NCBI GenBank assembly: GCA_951406725.2
Contig: OX597823.1
Span: forward strand, 107,880,001-107,944,000
Origin: Octopus vulgaris
Taxonomy: Eukaryota
Length of the DNA: 64,000 nucleotides
Direction: 5' to 3'
Shown: positions 51,241 to 64,000 of the stretch, in pieces
Numbering within the stretch: position 1 is the stretch's first letter
How the letters are laid out: each line of letters opens with the position of its first letter
Notes under the pieces: generated by a model
Database searches by the model: none
What the model saw: the letters and a program-made list of their open reading frames with translations, nothing else
What the model was told of the DNA's origin: nothing
Made by a program: the position numbers and the translations under genes

Positions 51241-53010
51241 CACTGCTATTATTATAATCACCACCGGTCACAATAACAACAACAATGTCACACGCTTCCG
51301 TTGTTGTTGTCGTTGTCCCCAGTGTTGTTGTTGATGTTGTTGTTGACATTGAAGTAGATGACAAATAAGAAACTCGGTGAGACGATTTAAAATTATGAAA
51401 GCTGATTAAATATAGGGACTGAGGTGGAAGAATCGATAGCAATTGATTGATTTTTATTGTCTTCCTCTTTCTTTCTCTCTCATTTCGTGTGTAATATGAT
51501 GTGTGCAATTTAGTATATTGATTTATCAAAGATCGATATTGTCGAGTGGCAACATGGTCGACTGGTTCGAGATTTCAAGGCTAAACATATAGGTACCGTG
51601 ATCGAATCTAACTGCCGTGTTTACCAGTGTATTTCTTGAAATGTTGTTTTCGGTAAGTATTACAGCAGGTATTTCACTTTGCTGATTTGGAATACATGTA
51701 CCGACTTTGTAAGGTAAAGTACCAAATAAAGTATTCATAAATCAGGGCAGAACAAAATATCGCAAGGGACATCGTTAGAAAAGCAAAGACTTTTTTTTTT
51801 ATTTCTCTGATATTTATGATTTTTACCCTTCACTAATATACATCGATGAAAGACCCCAATCCCCCGCACATGCATCCACACACACACATTAATAAATACT
51901 TTAGCACAATATAACATGGATAAGAAACCAAAGATCAATTTTAAGTAGTTAAAATTATCTAATTTATCTAATTTTCTATAGTAATTTACGCCTCTTGACC
52001 CATTTTCTGTTGCCTTCATTATCAAGTTTTTGTGAATGAAGAATTGGTGGTTTCTCTCTGCTATTTTCTTTCGTTCCTCAGTACCAACCACAACTTTCCC
52101 AACGCATCTCTCGTGTACTCCAAGATAGATATCTCCTGCGAATGTCATAGGAACTTATTTATTCTAATGACGTCACACGGACTTATTTTATTCTAAGAAT
52201 TGTATTGTATTTTCATTGTTTTATGCTACTGCAGACCGTCACCAGTTTTCTTAGACTTTCATCTACCAAGCTACCCTGAAAATGGCCTGTGGGGTTGTTA
52301 GAATATCTTCAAAATATGAACGTACGATATATTGACTTGTAAGGAATCACCTTCGACAGTTTGAGACAAAAAAAAAAAAATGATGCAGATTTAAGTAGAA
52401 CGATGTATTTCTACCGAGGACATTACAGAAAATTGAACGTAAAGACGGAAGAAATACCGCGAAGCATTTTGTCCGGTGTGATAACGATTCTGCCAGCTTG
52501 CAGCCGTGATCTCAGGGAAGATATTGATAGTTAACGTTCATCTAAAATTGTCAGAGAAGACAGATTTTAGCACAATAAAATATGTATGACTGGTCTTTTG
52601 TTGCAAATGATGTTCCATCTGAGGGAAGGAAACCTGTAGAGAATAAAAACCTGACAGACGAGCAAGAATTAGACGCCTTTTATTTATTAAAAGTCCCACG
52701 TTACTGATGCAATTTAAGGAAGATTCTTACCAGGAGGTAGTCGCTATTACCATGGCATCACAAATCCTTTGTTTCTACTTCATCAGCGCCTTCTAATTAA
52801 CTGTGGGCTCTAAGAGGATTGGTTATATCAATACCAACTTATCAATCGATTTAGAATGATCGTAAGTCACTTGTTCGACATATGTTTGTCATTAACATGA
52901 TACGTTGAATAGTGTGGCCCCAGATACACTGTAAATCGAGATAAAGTTGAATTTTCCTTTTCAAGTTTTTACAACTTAAACTAGAACAGTTCATACCATT
53001 ATTTCTCGTG

Positions 53011-53595
53011 ACGGTGAGCAGGAAGAATCGTTAGCACGCCGGGCGAAATGCCTAGCGGTATTTCGTCTGCCGCTACGTTCTGAGTTCAAATTCCGTCGAG
53101 GTCGACTTTGCCTTTCATCCTTTCGGGGTCGATTAAATAAGTACCAGTTACACACTGGGGTCGATATAATCGACTTAATCCGTTTGTCTGTCCTTGATTG
53201 TCCTCTCTGTGTTTAGCCCCTTGTGGTTAGTAAAGAAATAGGTATTTCGTCTGCCGCTACGTTCTGAGTTCAAATTCCGTCGAGGTCGACTTTGTCTTTC
53301 ATCCTTTCGGGGTCGATTAAATAAGTACCAGTTACGCACTGGGGTCGATATAATCGACTTAATCCGTTTGTCTGTCCTTGATTGTCCTCTCTGTCTTTAG
53401 CCCCTTTTGTGGGTAGTAAAGAAACAGGCATTTCGTCCGTCTTTTTGTTCTGAGTTCAAATTCCGCCGAGGTCGACTTTGCCTTTCATCCTTTCGGGGTC
53501 GATAAATTAAATACTTGTTATACACTGGGGTCGATGTAATCGGCTAGGCTCCCTCCTCTTAAATTTCATGCCTTGTGCCTTTAGTAGAAATGATT
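53011..53595 (+). mobile_element. Trimeric Nin/Deu-domain SINE (units of about 184 bp) with 13-bp TSD ATTATTTCTCGTG
   Basis: Units start GG(T/C)ATTTCGTC at 53057, 53241 and 53427. TSD at 52998-53010 and 53596-53608. A further truncated unit (53609-53739) is followed by TATTTCTCATGG. Confidence 0.9.
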
Positions 53596-54153
53596 ATTAT
53601 TTCTCGTGGCTTAAGGTCGACTTTACCTTTCAAACTTTTGGGGTCGATGAAATAGACACCAGTTGCGCGCAATGGAGTGGATTTAATCGAATAGCCCCAC
53701 CCCTCAAATTACATGCCTTGTGCCAGTAACAGAAAGGTCTATTTCTCATGGCCTTCCTGCTTAGGCAGCGGGATGGTATCATTGGAAACCCACAACGCAA
53801 GGAAGCGCATCGTGACCGGTGATGTATAGCAACATCCGATAGTCTGGTCGATTCAGTGATACAGTGATTATTTCCGATATAATTTGTCTCTCAGCGCACC
53901 TTCAATTTTTGGATGCTTCCCCACCAAAAGTGTGCACCTCTAAATTAAAAGTAACCATCTAGGTTGAGAGTTACTCTTCTATACAATAAACTCAGTTTCG
54001 GTATAAAATTATTACAAAAATATATAGAAACATATTTAAACTAAACAATTTCAAAACAATATTCTTTGATTGATTGAACGGTCTGCTCGGAATAGTAGGA
54101 AAATCTACCTGAAATTACCCTGTAGTACCTTTGAAAAGGAAGAGTAGGTTAGA

Positions 54154-54342
54154 TCAATGCTCCACAACCTTTTTACACACGAGGCACATATATAATTTTT
54201 TCAAAATTCGGCGGCACACCTAAACTAAAAGATATAACTAAAAGTATAGGGACGGAAGTTACGTTCAGGTTACACTACGGCACACCTAGCATCGTCTCGT
54301 GGCACAACCAGTGTGACGCGGCATACTGACTGCGGAGAACTG
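54154..54342. mobile_element. Decayed hAT-like MITE
   Basis: Imperfect termini CAATGCTCCACAA / TGCGGAGAACTG and recurring GGCACAC subterminal motifs. Confidence 0.45.
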
Positions 54343-54725
54343 ACTTTTATAATGGGGCCCTACACAAACGATTACAGATAAAAACACGGGGTTATCACTA
54401 ATAGAATGCTTTTTGATCAAAGGTTTCCTCAATCAGAATTGACCTACAGATAAGCAACAACAACAACAACAACAACAACAACAAAGAATAAACAATAACA
54501 TAAACAACAATAACTGCATGAAATATATTCCAGTATTTATTTCATATTTCGCTGTAGTTTTCTGAATATAACGAAGTATTTTTTGTTAAAACTGAAGTTT
54601 AGGGCAATATAGTTAAGGTTACTAGTTCTCTGGGTGTAGGCCTGGAAGGGGTTAATATCCACATCTGAATCGGCGCACTTCTTCTTGATTTACAACTGTA
54701 TAGTGTAAGAGTAGAGCAACTGTAT

Positions 54726-54787
<62 letters not shown>

Positions 54788-55041
54788 ATATCAGATGAAT
54801 CTTGTTTAACGTATTGTGTATCAGTTATTGATTAGAATTAATTCCCATCTTATTATCAATATATTCTCTTCTACCATAAATATTTTACATCACGGAAAAC
54901 AAAAAAAAAAGAAAAAACAGAGAAAGAAAGAAGAGAGAGAGAGAGAGGGGTGTAGGGGGAGAGGCATTAGGATCCAGAGAATGCCATGAAATGAAATCCA
55001 TTACTTTGTAGCTGTATAGTGTAAGAGTAGAGCAACTGTAT

Positions 55042-55109
<68 letters not shown>

Positions 55110-55635
55110 CTCATTTCTACTATACTCTTTCCCACTCCCTCCCCCCTCTCTCTCTCTTTATAATACATATACACATATATATGTGGGTATAAATATATAT
55201 ATATATCAACATATCTCGCTTTCTTTGCAATTATTTTTATAGATTATAAATTAAGACATCCAGTTCCCACAAGACTCCTTCCCGCCCGCAGAGAACTTTA
55301 CGTATATGCATACATGTGTGTATATACGTATGTTATATGTACGCATACGCATACATTTGTATATACACACGTAGATACATATAATCATATACAAATACAT
55401 AGATATATACGCATACACAGGCATACGCACACGTATAGGCGTGGAAATGTACAAGTATATAGCATAAATTAAGATATCTGCATTCGTATAGAAAACAAAT
55501 GAAGGCGTAAATATCCGCACGCGTACATTGTGTCAGTATATATTACAAAGCAAAGGATATATATATTGACTTAAGACATGTATGTGCCGGTGTGTATGGG
55601 AGAATGAATGTATATGCGTGTGTATGTATGTGCAT

Positions 55636-56040
<405 letters not shown>

Positions 56041-56608
56041 AAGAGAAAGATACATATATACGTTGTGCATAGTCTATATATATATTTATATTCATTACAA
56101 AAAAGCGTGAGAGAGAGAGAGAGAAGGAGATAGGGAGATTGTGGACATATTTACAAGGGTATGAATGTGTGTGTGTGTGTCTGTGAATCTGTGTGACTAT
56201 GTATACGTATACGTACAAGCAAACACCTACACAAGCAGAGGCAACTGAAAGACACACACAGATATAGGTTTCGTTTCATTTGCCATTTGATATGGGACAG
56301 ATTGGGGAAAGATAACTCAGTTACTCGCGCCCTTTGAGGAAAACAAGAACTATAGCTAAAAGAAGGCAAACAATAACTCCCTGACCCACCCACCTACCCT
56401 GAAAATGCAACAACAACACCGATTCAAAACAACAACAGCAACAACAACTAGCAGGAAGATAAAAACAATCAGAAGACCAACACGATAAATGTGTATAAAG
56501 GCAATAAAAACCAAATTTGGACAATGTATTAGTTTGAAATAGGCCCAAAACAAACAGAATTTCTTTCTCTTCAGAGCTGACATGGAAGCGTTTAGTATTG
56601 GTACCTTG

Positions 56609-56659
<51 letters not shown>

Positions 56660-56809
56660 GAGAGACAGAGAGAGAGGATATTACAAGAGACAGGAAATGG
56701 TGTGGTAAATAACGAATATACACATATACCTACACACACATATAATTATGTATCTAATTAATTACACCCTGTCATCCTGGATGCGCTCACAACATATGTA
56801 TACATTTCA

Positions 56810-56850
<41 letters not shown>

Positions 56851-57041
56851 TGTGTGTGTTTGTTCACTTTTTTAAAACTATTTTTAATCGGCAGAAAGTT
56901 ACAAAAGTGAATCAAGTTTCGTACGTGTCACTTATCAAACTGATTTCAATTGTGGAGCTTCTTTCTTATAAACTAATTCTTATAAATTAATAAATTGAAG
57001 GTCACATAAAAATTGTGCATTTTTCAGTCAACCCCTCAAAC

Positions 57042-57352
57042 CAGGTTTTCTCAACCATTTTTTACCTAGGGACCCCTTTGATTATTATTTTATTCTGGTG
57101 GATCCCCATAGCCATTCATTGTTTCAAAGTTAGAAGCTTCTTCTTGTGAAGTTGAATGAACTATGTCGGATACTAGAGAAAAAAAACTTAGCTGTTTCTT
57201 GCAATACATGCCAATGCATACATCTAAAACAAAAGTTTTTAGGGGCCCTTAGTACACTAAGCTGGATTCCCAATTTATTATTTTGCTGTATGAACCTCCA
57301 GGAATCTTTTATGGATCCCAGGGACCATGCGGACCCCGGTTGAGAACCACTG
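57042..57352. mobile_element. hAT (Charlie-type) MITE
   Basis: TIRs CAGGTTTTCTCAACC / GGTTGAGAACCACTG. 8-bp TSD CCTCAAAC / CCTTAAAC. Confidence 0.85.
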
Positions 57353-57406
57353 CCTTAAACAAAATAAAGTAACCCGTTAATCAAAAGGAGAGAAAATGCT
57401 GTAAAG

Positions 57407-59689
57407 CTGGGGTGTCAAACTCAATCGCACTGGAGACCAAAACTCAAAGCACACTTTAGGCCGCGGGCGAAACAGGATAAACATTTATTGAACAGACTAA
57501 AACCTTTTGAACGTGTCTTGAAACATATGGTATATGATTTTATTACAAAAATAAATTAACTTGAATTAAATTACTTAAAATATTTTGCTCTGCATAAAAA
57601 TATCTCCTGTCAAAATTATAAAAATTCAAGATAAGAACATGTTGCAAACAAAAAAGGAAAATATAAATAAAAAATGTGTTTTTAAGTGAAAATTAAAATA
57701 ATAAATGAAAACTTTCAATTTTCTTTATGCAATTTTGTCCCAGATGCATACTTGGCATCTTTTTTTGGCAACGAGTTCATTGATGTTTGGGGCAGGGTTC
57801 TGTGTTGTTGAGACACACAGGATGGATTGCAGGTGTTCATCTGTGAGAGGACTCCTATGTGATGTTTTATTCATCTTCATCACAGTGAACAGCTGCTCGC
57901 ACGGATATATGCTTCCAAACAAAGACAGAGTTCGAACTGCATGTAAACGGAGCGGGGGAATTGCTTCTGGTATGAAGCGAGTGAAATGTGCGGGACCCAC
58001 ACGAGTCGTACTTTGCTTTTAATGTCCAATTACACTTTGAATCTGTACAGGTGCAGATTTCTCATCAAAAGCAAATGAATTGCGAAGTAGCTCGAAATTA
58101 TTTTCCTGTGCTTCAAAGTCACTAAAAGCGCCGTGCGAATTCAGTGTGGAGCGCACTCAGTTTATCAGAAAAGTGTTGCTTTGGGAACACCGTGGCGCTG
58201 ACTTTGGGAACACCGTGGCGCCGACTTTGGGAACACCGTGGCGTGAGACAAATTCAATTAGTGAATTTGTGTCTCCCATAAGCGCAGCTTCACTTGAAAT
58301 GCCTTCACTGCGTCCTACATATTACAGATCATGCGCACAGCGTTTCCTGGTGAATAATGCAGTGATATGTTGCCAACTCACCAGCGCAGTTCTCTTCTTG
58401 CATCTTTAAAGTATCCTTCCCACTAGTTCACTTTTATCATCGCACTTCGCCGGTGCTCCATCTGTTGTAAGTCCAACAAGTTTGTCTTAAGGCGGTTTCA
58501 TGTCGGTTACAGGTCCTTTCCTGTTGTTGTCCCGTGCATCGATTTAATGTCCAAAATTTCCCCCATGACGAACAAATTGGAGTCCACTCCACGGATGAAA
58601 ACAGCCAGCTGTGCCGTATCAGTCGTGTCTGTAGTCTCATCCACAGCAAGAGAGTATGCAACAAAACCTTTTCCTGTTTCAATCGTGTTTTCAAATCAGC
58701 GGCCATCTCACACACACGATCAGCAACTGTATTTCTGCTAATACTCACATTAGCAAACAGTTGCTTCTTGTCTGGACACAAAACGTCACACATTTTCATC
58801 ACGCAGCTCTTCACAAACTCTCCTTCGGTAAATGGTCGGATTGGTTTTGCGATCTCTTCTGTCACAATAAAACTTGCTTAAACAGCAGCTTTACTCAATG
58901 ATTTTGCTTTGGTTAAAAACTTCTGTTGTAATGTGAGATTCCTCTTCAACTCTTCTATCTTTCGTTGCTTCTGCTCAGCAGTGAGGTATTTATACTTGTC
59001 CTGGTGTTTTGTCTCGTAATTGTGTTTGAGATTATACTCTTCAAGTACAGCAACATATGCACCACAATTAACACGCACGGGTTTGCCATCAATGTCAGTA
59101 AACATGTACCCGGTTTCCCACCGGATTTGAAAGGTTCTGTTTCCAGAATCGGCTTTTCTCTTGGCCATTGATAATAGAAAGCTACAACTACCGAATGACG
59201 TCACGTAAAAATGATGCCCCGAAAAGGCGGTGAGGCGGCTGTTGCGGTGCATTATGGGATTAGTAGGTTTTGCTTCATCAGCACTTCACAACACTCGATT
59301 AGAGAATCGGAGGCGTTTCCCAGCAAGCTTTGTTACGGTTACAATTAAGACTTGTGACTGTGTTATCATACCTCTTTAATGTGTCTTTTTTTTGTCCAGA
59401 CAGGGTGTAATAGTTACTGTGATGTGGCTTTTAGTTGTGTATTAAACTATTGCTACTTTTGGTGACCCCTTAGTAAGAAAGGTAGTCAGTGCTATATATT
59501 ATAATGTAATGGTCTGCTTTAACCATACACTATGTATGTGTAGTTGTAACAAGAAGGGACGGGTGTCGCTGGGGGCAGCAAAGTACTCTATTTGCCGATG
59601 CCGCCAAGTGGACCAATTTCATGCTGATATCAAAAGGGTCCTGCGAGCCGGATGAAATTGCTGCGCGGGCCGGGAGTTTGACATGTCTG
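57407..59689 (-). mobile_element. hAT Charlie/SPIN-type DNA transposon with a deleted, frameshifted transposase (GTF2IRD2-like)
   Basis: TIRs CTGGGGTGTCAAACTC / GAGTTTGACATGTCTG. Perfect 8-bp TSD CTGTAAAG (57399-57406, 59690-59697). Peptides RTFQIRWE..YNLKHNYETKH, RPFTEGEFVK..SISRNTVADR and hATC-like LFGSIYPCEQLFTVMK..RSPLTDEHL. Confidence 0.95.
58179..58243. repeat. 23-bp tandem repeat, about 2.8 copies, inside the hAT transposase
   Basis: CTTTGGGAACACCGTGGCGC(T/C)GA units at 58179, 58202 and 58225. Confidence 0.9.
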
Positions 59690-60181
59690 CTGTAAAGCAA
59701 AGTTTGGAGAGGATTTGAAATCAATTTAAGTGCTTTGTACGAAACCTTGGACGCTTGATTCACACACATGCGCGCGCTCACACACGCATGCACACGCACA
59801 CACTCATGTATATAATAACTAGGTGAAAATACCACTTGCCACCTGTTGCATAAACGTTAATAGTAATGTGGACACTAATGTATTTTAATGTCGTGAGCCA
59901 CATGATTAAAATGAATTAAAAGAATATATTTTAATTATGACAAGAATTGTGACAACAGTCATCATTTAAATTACTTGAAAATGTAAAAGAAAGTCAATGG
60001 AAAGAAAACTAATAATTAATTAAAACTTTTAATTTGAAAATTATTGTTGTTGAAGATGTAATATTTATTAAAGTGTGACATCAATTTGTGCAGCAGGGAT
60101 CCCTTAGTATGATTTGCCCACCCAGTGTTCATTTATAGATAACATATATACTTCTATAGCCGCAGTAATAGTTAGACTGTG

Positions 60182-60222
60182 CTTTGCAGCAGAGGTCTAA
60201 TAAGACCGAAACATGTCCAGAG
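60182..60222 (+). ncRNA. Decayed minimal hammerhead motif
   Basis: CTTTG-CAGCAGA-GGTCT(AATA)AGACC-GAAA-CATG-TC-CAGAG. All three stems pair, but the core has two substitutions relative to CUGANGA. Confidence 0.6.
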
Positions 60223-60786
60223 TTGTCTTACTGCCAAATATCTCCCACACTCTATGACTGCATTCCATGTTGTCACTCTTGCGTTTTTTATTACGAGAAT
60301 TTGTAATTTTGAGAGTGATTATTTTTATCCACTTTTGTACATGTATAGTTGTGTGTGGGTGTATGTGTGTGTGTGTTAGTGTGTGTTTGTGTATGTGTGT
60401 TGAGACCACGTTCTAAGGATACATAGATGGATTAAAATTGCTGGAAACTGATCTGTTATCAGCAACCCGCACATAGAAATAGATCTTTTATTTTTATTAG
60501 TTTGATGTTGCCGAAGAGAGGTTGTACCCAAGACTTTCCAGGCCGTCATCTGGATAAGTGAAACTTGTGGTTAATTTCAGGGAGGTTTGAGTATAGGGAT
60601 TAGTGTATGGTCAAGAGGGTAGGGTTGAAATAATACCGGTGACGAGACGAAAGAGGCTCAATGAAGTGAAAGTGTTTAATAGACGGCGGTAAGTAGTCAC
60701 AGGTGACAATACGTTTGTGGAGCAGAGTTTAGAAGAGCGACTATATGGCAATCTCTCCTTTGCTCATTGGGATATTTTTTATCTTT

Positions 60787-60950
60787 TACCTTGTTCTTGT
60801 TTCAGTCTTTACACCGCAGCCTACTGGGGCACCGCCTTGAATACTTTTAGTAGAATTAGAATGAATGAATCTATCGGTCTCTTTTTGCCGAATCGCTAAG
60901 TTATGAGAAAGCAAACACACCAACAGCAGAGGCGGTGCAGACACACACAG

Positions 60951-61005
<55 letters not shown>

Positions 61006-61157
61006 CTTCACTTTCCGTTTACTAAATCCATTCACAACGCTTTGATCATCCCGAGGCTATAGTTGAAGACACTTGCCCAATGTGCCACGCAGTGGGACTG
61101 AACCCGGAACCATGTAATTGGTAAGCAAGCTTCTTACCACACAGCCACACCTGCGCC
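60787..61157 (-). mobile_element. tRNA-derived SINE (same family as 35075)
   Basis: Reverse complement starts GGCGCAGGTGTGGCTGTGTGGTAAGAAGCTTGCTTACCAATTACATGGTTCCGGGTTCAGTCCCACTGCG and ends with the GGCGGTGCCCCAG..GACTGAAACAAG tail. Confidence 0.9.
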
Positions 61158-62131
61158 TATTGACATGGAATAACAACAACATTCATATATCACTGCTAAG
61201 GTCTCACGAAGTTTTACAGAAGGAGCTATTAGTTGTTGGGAGTATTTTCCAGCCCTATAAAAGAAGACCACTCAGTGTAATGCAATCTCTGCTACGTTGA
61301 AGTTAGGCGTTTATCAGGTGAGGTACATACTAATGCTAAAAGCTAGCATTACGACGCTGAATGTTCTTGTTGCTTGCTGTAAATGTTTAGCGACGAGGGA
61401 GTACAATGATGCTTTCTAGACATGTGTAAGGATTGTGATTTTGTGCTGTTAAAGGAGGCATGATGGCATGGCCCCATTAGAGAATGTTTTTAAGGACCCT
61501 GTTCATAAAACCAATGTATATTTGGCGTCAGGAGCCCATGTTACACATGAACAAAGTTATATGAGTACATATAACTACATCCCTGTACATACGCACACAT
61601 GCTATATATGTAATCATACAAACACACACACATATGTCTGTATTTAATAATCTATAAATTGCTGCTTACAGAGAACTGTATTTACTTCAATTATTTGAAT
61701 AATTAAAATATTCATACATATGATTAGAACGTTGGCAACTGTTATAAATAGTGGGACAATTATAAGTCAACAAATGAGATTTTGAAATATTAACTCGAGT
61801 TGGAATTTCCACAAATAGTTGCTCTATCTAGTTAAAAAGATCTTAAGGAGTGGACTGAATTTGGAAAAATGCTGTATTGTAATGGAAAGAAACTCACGAC
61901 GCAGTTGGGGCAAATTAGCTATTAATTTATATAAATGATTTTTTGTACCTTTGTGCCACGTGATGTGGTAAGCTGAAAAGTAGTAAACGGAAAGCAATTT
62001 CTGGCTACTAATCTCAATACACTACAAACTTTACTTTAATAATTTTGTTTAATTTCATTCAACAACTGTTCAGTATACACAACCATGCTCCTGTACTTAT
62101 ATATATGTATGTATATGTATGTATGTATATG

Positions 62132-62216
<85 letters not shown>

Positions 62217-62562
62217 GTATATATATATATGTATGTATATATATATGTATGTATATATATATATGTATGTATATATGCATGTATATGTATATATGTATGT
62301 ATATATATACATATATATATATATGTACCGGAGTAAGCACATGAATGTTAAACAAAGGTGGAAAAGAGAGTACTCAAATACCAAAGGTAGAGTAATATGC
62401 TTTATTTAAAAACGGCTATAGAAGTATATATGATATGTTTATTTTGTTTATCGCATGCTTAAGACCGTTATTTGAAAGGACCAATGAACCAAATTCATTT
62501 TTAAAGGTGTATCCCTTAACTAGTTTTGATCATATCCTTATTTCTGTTCTGTTTTAACAAAA

Positions 62563-62600
62563 TTGTCCGACGAACGGGAACGTGAAACTTTGAGTAACAG
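62563..62600 (+). ncRNA. Hammerhead motif (U4C variant) within an inverted-repeat element (about 62395-62640)
   Basis: TTGT-CCGACGA-ACG(GGAA)CGT-GAAA-CTTTGAG-TA-ACAG. Flanks ATATGCTTTATTTAAAAACGGC and GCTGCTTTTAAGTAAAGTATAT are imperfect inverted repeats. Confidence 0.65.
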
Positions 62601-62649
62601 CTTTTGTTATATTTCTGCTGCTTTTAAGTAAAGTATATATATATATACT

Positions 62650-63015
62650 AGAACTGGGCGCCACTGCATAGTGCCAAGGACTCCAAATTTGCCAACAAGA
62701 TGTAGGACAAGATACTGTGATAGCCTGGGCTTCAGAGGTCCACAGCTCTTCAATATCCTCCCGAAGGACTCGAGAGACCTGTATGGGGTGGATGCAGATG
62801 TCTTTAAAATAAAACTGGACCTCTTCCTGTCAGGTGTACCAGATGAACCAACTTCACGGCAGGAGGTGCAGATGAAGGCAGCTGCATCAAACTCTCTTAT
62901 GCACCAAATGTCAATTGCTAAAAAGCATTCGTGAAGTAAAATCATGTAGCAACACCGAATGGCGGTGCCCCAGCATGGCCACAGCTCATGATCTGAAACT
63001 AGATAAAATGAAAAA
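62650..63015 (+). mobile_element. 5'-truncated CR1/L2-like LINE 3' end
   Basis: Peptide SLGFRGPQLFNILPK..VFKIKLDLFLSGVPDEPT followed by the tail GGCGGTGCCCCAGCATGGCCACAGC..CTGAAACTAGATAAAA. Confidence 0.85.
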
Positions 63016-63380
63016 AATGAATGAAATATATATATATATATATAAAGAGAGAGTGTGTGTGTGCACATGTGTGTATTTGGTAGCTGCCATGGAAACATCC
63101 GTCACTACTCTGATCTACCTTGACTCACATATTCCGAAATTTGGTATTACAGTGAAGGAGACTAGTTTATGCCGAAGCAATCACATGCGATTAGAACTCA
63201 CTATTCGTATCAAGCACAGAGCAAATACGAAACTGATATTAGCTGCAATTCAACAACCGAACACCACTATTATTACCTACTAACATAGTCAGTTCAATAC
63301 AACTATAAGTGGTGTGTGTTTGTGTTTGTGTGTGTGTTTGCGTGTGTATAAGCGTGTATGTATGTATAAGTATATGTATA

Positions 63381-64000
63381 CGTGGTCTGATCAATACGTA
63401 TTGGGAATGTTGCCATAGTAACAAAGCTAAGACACGCAGAGTAAAACCGCTTGGCACTGATTGAACTTGGCCTCTGGTGCGTACGCGCACTAAGTTTTGA
63501 TGTTCTAGCTCACTTCCGCTGTTTACAGCAGTGCTTGGAAGGAAGGTGTGAAGCATGTGATCGTCGCACTGATCATGAAAGAGAATGTTGAACAGAAAAT
63601 CTTAATCAAATTTTGCCAAAGTCTTGGTGATACCTGATCAGAAGTCTATGCAAAGTTTTCAAAAAGTTTTCATCGTTCTCAATACAACCAAGGAGATCTT
63701 GTGCACCTGAAATCCGAGTGTCTTTTTGGTCAGCTGAAAGCAGTTTTGGCACAAACTTGGCGGACACGCGTCTCATACACAAATCTTCAGTGATAAGGAA
63801 CTGAACTGAACCGTAACTAATCTGCGCATCCTCTGATAACTCACGGATGGTGATTCGACAATTTCCCCTCACAGCTGCATGCACATCTGCGATGTACTCC
63901 TCATGTACTCCTCTCCATGCACTTTCTGCAACTTTACAGCGGCCTCTGAGTAAGTATCGTCATCACAACTGTCCCTGTCATGGCCAATGCGACGATCACA
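63381..64000. mobile_element. Rearranged mariner: + strand 5' end and N-terminus joined to an inverted (minus-strand) 5' segment; runs off the window
   Basis: TA|CGTGGTCTGATCAA TIR-like start. + strand MKENVEQKILIKFCQSLG; minus strand RITIRELSE..MRRVSAKFVPKLLSADQK. 63961-64000 is the diverged reverse complement of 63556-63595. Confidence 0.8.

Noticed and set aside
51526-52148. Two adjacent minus-strand ORFs (137 and 70 aa) in unique sequence
   Set aside because: No recognisable domain or splice structure; cannot be supported without transcript data.
58179-58243. 23-bp repeats as a CRISPR-like array
   Set aside because: No spacers, eukaryotic context, and it is a simple tandem duplication within a transposase.

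Overview
AT-rich eukaryotic (metazoan) intergenic or intronic DNA with no recognisable host protein-coding gene. Most ORFs in the supplied track are artefacts of (TA)n, (TATG)n, (TCTA)n, (CA)n and (CCA)n microsatellites. The microsatellite load and SINE types suggest an octopus/cephalopod genome (inference only). The non-simple sequence is mostly transposon-derived: RTE, CR1/L2-like and Tx1/L1 LINE remnants, three tRNA-derived SINE types, mariner/Tc1 and hAT DNA transposons, MITEs and Helitrons. Two systems stand out. (1) An 8.4-kb nest at 19.7-28.1 kb, where a near full-length Tx1-clade LINE and a divergent ORF1-only partner with the same 40-nt 3' end sit in tandem at the same position inside a tRNA-derived SINE head, separated by three copies of a 16-bp target duplication. 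This suggests a SINE-targeting, site-specific retrotransposon system, and a second SINE family carries a Tx1-like tail. (2) About ten minimal type I hammerhead-ribozyme motifs in short direct-repeat or inverted-repeat elements next to microsatellites, resembling retrozymes or non-autonomous Penelope-like elements. All family assignments come from manual motif reading; no database search was run, and coordinates of decayed elements are approximate.
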